Source: Octopus sinensis (lineage: Eukaryota). From it: a DNA stretch of 64,000 nucleotides. Position 1 is the first letter of the stretch. Every line of letters starts with the position of its first letter. This document shows, one piece after another, positions 55,978 to 64,000 of this stretch. A model generated the notes under the pieces. The model was not told where the DNA came from, searched no databases, and worked only from the letters and a program-made list of their open reading frames with translations. The position numbers and the translations under genes were made by a program. Location: positions 35,092,001 to 35,156,000 of the forward strand of contig NC_043012.1 in assembly GCF_006345805.1 (NCBI RefSeq). The letters are read 5' to 3'.

Positions 55978-56208
55978 GGCGGCGAGCTGGCAGAATCGTT
56001 AGCACTCCGAGCGAAATGCTTAGGGGTATTCCGTCTGCAGTTACGTTCTGAGTTCAAATTCCGCCGAGGTCGACTTTGCCTTTCATCCTTTCGGGGTCGA
56101 TAAATTAAGTACCAGTTACGCACTGGGGTCGATATAATCGACTTAATACCTATGTCTGTCCTTGTTTGTCCCCTCTATCTTTAGCCCCTTGTGGGTAGTA
56201 AAGAAATA
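55978..56208 (+). mobile_element. Main tRNA-derived SINE
   Basis: Near-consensus full copy. Confidence 0.92.
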
Positions 56209-56747
56209 TATAATTTGGACACAATAATTTTTATGTCAAATCATCAGTATATTCAATTTGCCCAAATACAATTCCATCTCTGATATTTATTCAAAAGGAA
56301 CGCATTGATTTTTATGCACATTTTAGTTTAGAGATACATTCGATTTTATGTTTAACCTAATAGTTTGGAATAAAAAAGAAAAGGTGTTCTCTCCTTTCTA
56401 CCGTCATACCTTCACTTCATCCATAAAATTATTTGTTCACTCTATCTACCTGTTTATCTTTTCTTTTTTCCTCTTCTTCCCCCGTTTTTTCCCCCCTTTT
56501 TTCCTCTTTTTTCATTTCTCTTTTCTTTTGTTCCTTTTCCTTTCCTTTTTTTTCTTTTTATTCTTTTTATTTTTTATTTTATTTATTTATTTATTTATAT
56601 TTTTTTGGTTCTTTTCTTCCCTTTTACGATCCCTCTTGATCGAAAACCTACGCCACACCTTTTTTTTTTTTTTCATCCCCCAAAAGAAAAGCTCTACCTT
56701 GTAACTTGTCCCATCCGTGTGCAGCCCTGTGTGGCCAATAAAGAAAC

Positions 56748-57380
<633 letters not shown>

Positions 57381-58261
57381 TACCCACATACCTTTTTGCC
57401 TGTATATCTATGTGTCCATCCATTTGTTCATTCATCGCTACTTCTACAGCTTTACTGTTTCTAATCATATATTTTGATGAAAAACAATGCAACCCTTTGA
57501 AGTTGAAAAGCCTACAAAAGCTACACAGATATAACTAACTCATACTGCAACCTGTTCTATTGACAATCTCTTGTCATGTTTATTGAATCTTTATCCTCAA
57601 ATCTCACTCTAAACATCTCTAATTTTCCATCTTCAGAATACTGTCTCCCTCGTTGTAATGACATGTTAGTTTTTGGGGGGTTTTTTCTGTACAGGGACTA
57701 TGCACTATTCCATTAAATATGATACAAAGCTCTCGTGTCATATTTAAATTTGTAATTCCAGATTTTAAAAACAGTTTTCATTCATAAATTTTAAAATGCA
57801 AAACATTTTCAACTCTTGTGCGGCTTAAACACTAAGATATTTTCAATGACGCAAAGTTCCGTATCAATTTCCTTATATGATACAGTGTCAGTTGTTATTA
57901 ACGTTCTCACTTAATCTTTGCTGTTATTGTTGCACAGTAGTGGTGCCAAATGATGGGAAATACTTCAGTCAAATGAAAATATTTTAACAGCCACATGGGT
58001 CAAAAGAGAGAGGGAGGAGGCGAGGGAGAGGGAAGAGAAAACGATAAAATATTCAGTTGCCAAACGCCATTTATTTTCCGTTATACAAATTAAGCGAATT
58101 TTTTTCTAAATTTCAAAGAGACAACAAAAGCACTTTGTTTGAACTGCTAGACATAAAGTGGAGCATTTAAATAATGGAGTAGACAGTGAAAAATATTTCA
58201 TGAACAAAAACTGTCGGTTTATATTGCAATATTTTCCTTTTAATTCTTAATGTTCTTGCTT

Positions 58262-58440
58262 TACCAAGGTCAGCGAACTGACAGAATTGTTAGTAATCCA
58301 GGAGAAATGCTTAGCGACATTTTGTCAGTCTTTACGTTTTGACTTTGCCATCCATCCTTTCGGGGTCGATAAAATAAGTACAAGTTGAATACAGGGGTCA
58401 ACGTAATCGACTTGCTGGCCTTGAGCCAAAATATGAAACC
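58262..58440 (+). mobile_element. Degenerate main SINE
   Basis: gactttgccatccatcctttcggggtcgataaaataagtac. Confidence 0.7.
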
Positions 58441-59078
58441 AATATTTTTACAGCACTGAAGACTAGGTCTTTTGGAGTTTACTACTATATTTTTGGAAGC
58501 TTTGTGAGGAGGAAAGTATATAGATCAAGAGTAGCAATGGTTTTGCTAATTATATTAAGTGTGAGGTACTAACATCTATCTACTTAATTACCAAGAATTC
58601 ATATAAGTACAAAACATTTAACAGAACTAGTTAGAACTAGTAATCAAGGTCTATGAATAAATAAACTTTGTAACTGTGTTATAATATTTGTAATTATACC
58701 TGGTGGAGCCAATAACTCCCCAGGTTAGAACTCAACCGACGTCTTCCTAGAATTTCTCTCAACTGGTTTAGGCTTTTAGCATTGCAAGTGGAACGTATCA
58801 CGTATCTCACGCTACAAATTGTTCGAATGAACTCATCCTAGATTTTGGCATCCATTTTTTAAAATGTGTATCACACGGCGAAATTAATTTATGTGGTTAC
58901 ATAAATAAATTTTACTGATCAGTGAGCTATAATATATTTTTTTTAACGGTGACAGTCGCTGGATTGTGGCAATCGTGAGTAACCATCTTTAAAGTTTTTT
59001 TTTTTAATATGCAAACAATGCATAAATTAAGTTCTGATTAGTTGAGCAGATTTTGATAATGTGTGTTATGTATGTATA

Positions 59079-59145
<67 letters not shown>

Positions 59146-59387
59146 ATCTTTTCGAAGGCTTAAAAGTTGTGTTTTCCATATAGACTAGTGTTGCTCTAGT
59201 CTGAGCATATATATGTACATACATATATGTATAAATGGATACGTATGTACGCATGTATGTATATATGCATGTATCTATCTATCTATCTATCTATATGTCT
59301 CTATATATACATAAACACACACACACACACAAGTAGATAGATATGTCTCTCTCTCTCAGTCTATGTGGTATATATATATATAATATA

Positions 59388-59419
<32 letters not shown>

Positions 59420-60173
59420 ATGTATGTATATGTACATGGGCTAAAAAGTCACATTCGATCACAGCACCAGTAACAGTTAAGCTTCGTGCAATGGCCATAC
59501 TCGATAACGAGGGGACAGCCATAATAATGTATGTATGTATAAAGAGGGATTAATAAGGGATATTAATCCAAGCAGGATAAAGATACAGCGACAAAGTCTT
59601 GTGATTGGTATTGTACTCCAAGTAATCCAAAGCCGAAAGCCGAAGTCGAAACTCATCACCAATGTTAACCCATGGTTTCATTGCTTAGTTAAAATGCTAT
59701 GTTTTTACAAAGTGATACATAAAATCGACAGAAATAACGGGTTGTGTGCTTCTAGCTATTTATTATAGGCTTGCAGCTGTTTCAGAGATGCATTTGGGTG
59801 CGATCATGGTTCAATTTTATCAATCGATCGATTGATCGACTGAAAACATAGGGAACAACCTTGGCAACTTTATCTTCTTCAGAGCCGAAACCAATCAAAT
59901 GCAAACAAAATGAAAGAAAAGAAAGAAAGAAGATGTGGTTAGGTCAATGTGACCTTTATAAGAATTAGGTCGTCTGCTTTTAGCTTTCAATCTTAAGCTA
60001 TTGTTCTCCCTTACCACCAATGAATAGTACTGACGTCCAGTAGAGAAATTTGATATCTGACAACCTCTTTATGGTCATTGGCAAGCTTTTGAAGTTTACT
60101 ACTGTGGTGTGATGGAGGAAAAGGACAACAGAAAAAGAAGCAAACAGAAGACAGAAATACAAAAGGCCTTACC

Positions 60174-61325
60174 TGTTGACCTCGGCGGAATCAGCGGTCA
60201 CTCTCACGAATTAAACATGCCTTGCCTCTCTGCCGTCTCAGCTCGAACTGCCCAAACGTGCTTCCTGACCACACGTGCTTCATGCCCACGCTTGCCCCTT
60301 TCACTCTCCCGCCGGCCCCTGCAGTCTTCACTTCCATTTTGCCTCATCTACCATCCTCTCCACCAACACCACATAACTTATCACAGCCCATAACATCGCT
60401 AACACCACACGACCCCCTGATCTACAGATCATTCAACCGGCTTTCCCACTCACTCCTCGCTCCCCAAATCACACCTTAACTGGTTTCATAATCAGCCAAC
60501 CAGGGAGGAGGGTGCCACTCCTTTTGTGGTCGCAGTGCGACCCCAGGACTGGCCTGAGTTCCTGGCATGCTGCTGCTGGCTTCATCTTCTTATCTACTGA
60601 TGCTGTCTTCGTCTTCTTGCCTACTGTTGCTGTCTTCATCTTCTTGCCCACTGCTGCTGTTTCCATCCTCTGAGGCATGGACAATCTTCCATACATCCAA
60701 AACGTGGCGTGCCATACCATCGACAGAGACGTTATTCTTCGAATTGATGGAGGTTATTGTTTCCTTTCCCCATCGTGATGTACACCGTGCGTTTGGGGGT
60801 TGTACCCAAAGTTCTTCCCCAACCTGCACGAAGGCGTGCTCTTCCTCTGCCCCGGGTCGCATTGATGCAGTACACGGATGCCTCCACTCGTACCTGAATA
60901 TTGCCCTGTGTGGCACCGACTCCTCAGCCTGTCCTGACCTGGGCGACATATTGTACCAAAATACGGCCTCGATTGGTGGAATGTGGACCCTCTCTGCCAT
61001 GGTCTTGATGGTTCGATGATGCCTTTCCACCACCCCATTTCCACTTGGCCGGTATGCCACCTTAGAAGTGGTTGACCTTCCACCCATCAAGCATTTCTTT
61101 CAGCACCTCCGAGCGAAATGCAGTGCCATTATCCAGTAGCAGTTCATCTACGGGGCCTCGTTCCAGGAATATCTCATTTAATACTTTCACGATTTCCTCT
61201 GCAGTCCCCGTCTTCATCTCCCTCCATATGGCCAACCGCCCCGGTCCGCAGTTAACCATTGAGAGGTATGTCCCCTGCCGATAGTATGTTATGTCCACCG
61301 CCAGTCGTTTCCAGTTGTGGCAAAA
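60174..61325 (-). mobile_element. Ty3/Gypsy 3' remnant: integrase, polypurine tract and 3' LTR
   Basis: WKRLAVDIT (D), LLLDNGTAFRS (D), GNGVVERHHRTIK (E), VGEELWVQPP..CTSRW. AGGGGG tract just before a 236-bp TG...CA LTR at 60409->60174. A frameshift splits the core. Confidence 0.88.
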
Positions 61326-61683
61326 GAAAATTATTTCCATGCCAATATGCCGATAACAGACAATTAAATCGTCAATTTCCACATATCAGTATTTACCCAC
61401 TACAGAGATACAATGTGCTGAAATCGGGAAGCTAGTCCACAGAATTTTTTTAAAAAGTTCGTTATTTCTATATTGAATCAATTTTGGAATTAATCTCATA
61501 GATTTTTTCCTCCTCAGTAGAAAATACGATAAGAAATAAATGAAATACTTACATGCGCCCATGTAAAAAGCCGAAGCAAAAGTCACGTGTACACATAAGT
61601 ACCCCAGTTAACTGGGATACTTATGTGTACACATGTAAGACACTCGGTAAGAAATGGAAGCAATATTGAAAAAATGAAAGACA

Positions 61684-61717
<34 letters not shown>

Positions 61718-61719
<2 letters not shown>

Positions 61720-62160
61720 TTCTTTATTGAGCCACTTGCAATTTCATTAATTTTCGTTCATACAAAATTTTTCGTTCGTGTTAAAAGTCAAAATGTAGGG
61801 TTATTAGAAAAATGTGTCAGATACGAACACGACAAAGTTATATAAAAGTGGAAAGTGGGTTAGGGGTGTTAGGCAAAAATTTGTATAAAAATATAAGCAT
61901 ATAATATATAAATAAATATAAAGAGAAGACATAGAATACAAATAAATCGTTTAACCCCCTAATCACAAAGGGAGAGAAATCATGGATTTGGTTGCCCACC
62001 CCCATCCCAATTTTTTAAGCATTTGGTCCTCCTTCACTTGCTGAGTTGTGGTGCACCCAAAGACCATTGGTGAGGGTTCATGGTGAGCAAGTCACGAAAA
62101 CCTCAACTGATTCAAGTATTGATTCTTTTAAAAGATCGTAGCGCGGCGCTGACCACCACT
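61718..62160 (-). mobile_element. Probable LINE 3' end at an (AAT)n array
   Basis: Minus strand ends ...caataaagaaattattatt, the same layout as the 37830 end. No protein motif recovered. Confidence 0.35.
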
Positions 62161-62294
62161 TCAGAATTTCATCAGATCGTCTCTTCTCTTTTCATTATGT
62201 GTTTACTCTCCTAACGCCTCTCCCTCTGTCTTTACATCTTTCTGCCCACCCGTCCGTATCTCTCTCTCTCCGTCTCTCTCTTTCTGTATGGTTT

Positions 62295-62352
<58 letters not shown>

Positions 62353-63368
62353 CCCACAAACACACACATATACCTAATATTACAAATACTGTTAATATTA
62401 TAAATGATACTGTTTACATTGCATTAGTAAAGTGTAAAATAGTAAATGTCCTGATAACCTGGAATACTTATTATTCCCGAAGTTTTTAAAATATATACAT
62501 ACATTATATATATGTGTGTGTGTGTTTGTGTGTGTATGTGTGTGTGTGTGTGTGTATGTATGCATGTATGTATGTATGTGTGTATATATATGTACGTGTG
62601 CATCTATATACGTATATATTCATATACATACATATATACACATACACACATGTATATTCTGAATTTACTAAGAATAAAGGGTGACCATTACGATATAGAA
62701 GATATATATGCCAAGCGGGCATATACTGGGGTGGGCATATACTGGGGAACACAGACACCCACTCCACCTTCGAATTTCCATCTACCAAACGTTGGAACTG
62801 AATTCGAGACCACATCGGTGTAAAAGCGAGCGCCTCGCCCACATAGCAATGCCTGTGCCGATATCACATTTAATTCGAGTCGAGGCCATTTTTCGTTGCT
62901 ACTTAAAATATTGCCGGCTTTTGGCCAGCCATCGGGTATCTGGGGAAGGGAATACTATACATGTACCATACGTGTACCAGACTAAGAATTCAAAAAGAAG
63001 TCTTTGTGATTGACATCTTCTGTCAGAACCTGGCTCCAGAAGCCACATGGAATCACGAAATGTTCGCACTAGCAAAATTCATCTTGTAAGGTTGTGTCGC
63101 CATTTTTATTGTTAACAACATCTGTTTACAGTGAGAGAAAATCTGTTGGAGTAACCCTGGTTTGGAAACGTACAAGCAAGATATATAAAGCTTGTAGAAG
63201 CTTGGGATCTCATCTGTAATATACGCTTTAAGGGTTGCAGGTTATCAGCTGGGTTCAAAGTCATTTCAGAATACAAAGACGAGATTGGCGATTATCGGAA
63301 TGTTCTCGAATAATTTGGACTGGTATCATCTGTCAGATGAAGCGATCAACGTCATCATCATCATCATC

Positions 63369-63415
<47 letters not shown>

Positions 63416-63655
63416 CTCTCTCTCTCACAGACACACACATACATATCTTTTATCTTTTACTTGTTTCATACTGGAAGAAATTTTAGTAGACTGTATCGAC
63501 TCCAGTACTTATTTTTCAAAGTCTGCTACTTATTCTATCGGTCTCTTTTGTCGAACCATTAAGTCACAGGGACGTAGACACATTTGTTGTCAAGCGGTAG
63601 TGGGTGGACAAATACAGACACAAAGACAATATGTGAATATATATATATATATATA

Positions 63656-63697
<42 letters not shown>

Positions 63698-63748
63698 GTT
63701 GTGTGTGTGTGTGTGTGTGTGTTGGTGTGTATGTATGTATGTATGTAT

Positions 63749-63848
63749 NNNNNNNNNNNNNNNNNNNNNNNNNNNNNNNNNNNNNNNNNNNNNNNNNNNN
63801 NNNNNNNNNNNNNNNNNNNNNNNNNNNNNNNNNNNNNNNNNNNNNNNN
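63749..63848. other. Assembly gap (100 N)
   Basis: Run of N. Confidence 1.
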
Positions 63849-64000
63849 GGCACCACCTTGAACAATTTATTAATCGGACGAATCAATTCCAGTACTTATT
63901 TTTTAACGCCTGGCACTTATTCTATCGAGTGTATTTTGTCGAACCGCTAAATTACAGCGACGCAAACAAACCGAAGCCGGTTGTCAAGTGGCAGTGACGG

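Overview
Eukaryotic, AT-rich, microsatellite- and retroelement-dense DNA. The repeat landscape resembles an octopus (coleoid cephalopod) genome; this is inferred from recalled SINE families and was not checked by search. One host gene can be built by hand on the + strand: a ZNF474/475-family C2HC/C3H zinc-finger gene with 5 coding exons (11075-11932, 18083-18390, 19445-19598, 34059-34260, 35605-35756). All four introns are GT-AG and phase-compatible, giving about 557 aa with 8 CX2CX11HX3C fingers. The rest is decayed mobile DNA: Penelope-like elements (RT + GIY-YIG), R4/Dong-type 3' ends in (AAT)n, a scrambled L1/Tx1 LINE, CR1 and RTE pieces, a Gypsy integrase with its 3' LTR, two mariner relics, a non-autonomous Helitron, MITEs and many tRNA-derived SINEs. 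Most ORF-track entries are microsatellite artefacts. Two signals stand out. First, about ten hammerhead-ribozyme motifs, two of them inside ORF-less 364-nt and 565-nt partial-tandem units that look like retrozyme-type non-autonomous Penelope derivatives. Second, intron 4 of the zinc-finger gene has complementary (AUU)n and (AAU)n tracts against its two splice sites, a candidate microsatellite-bridged intron.
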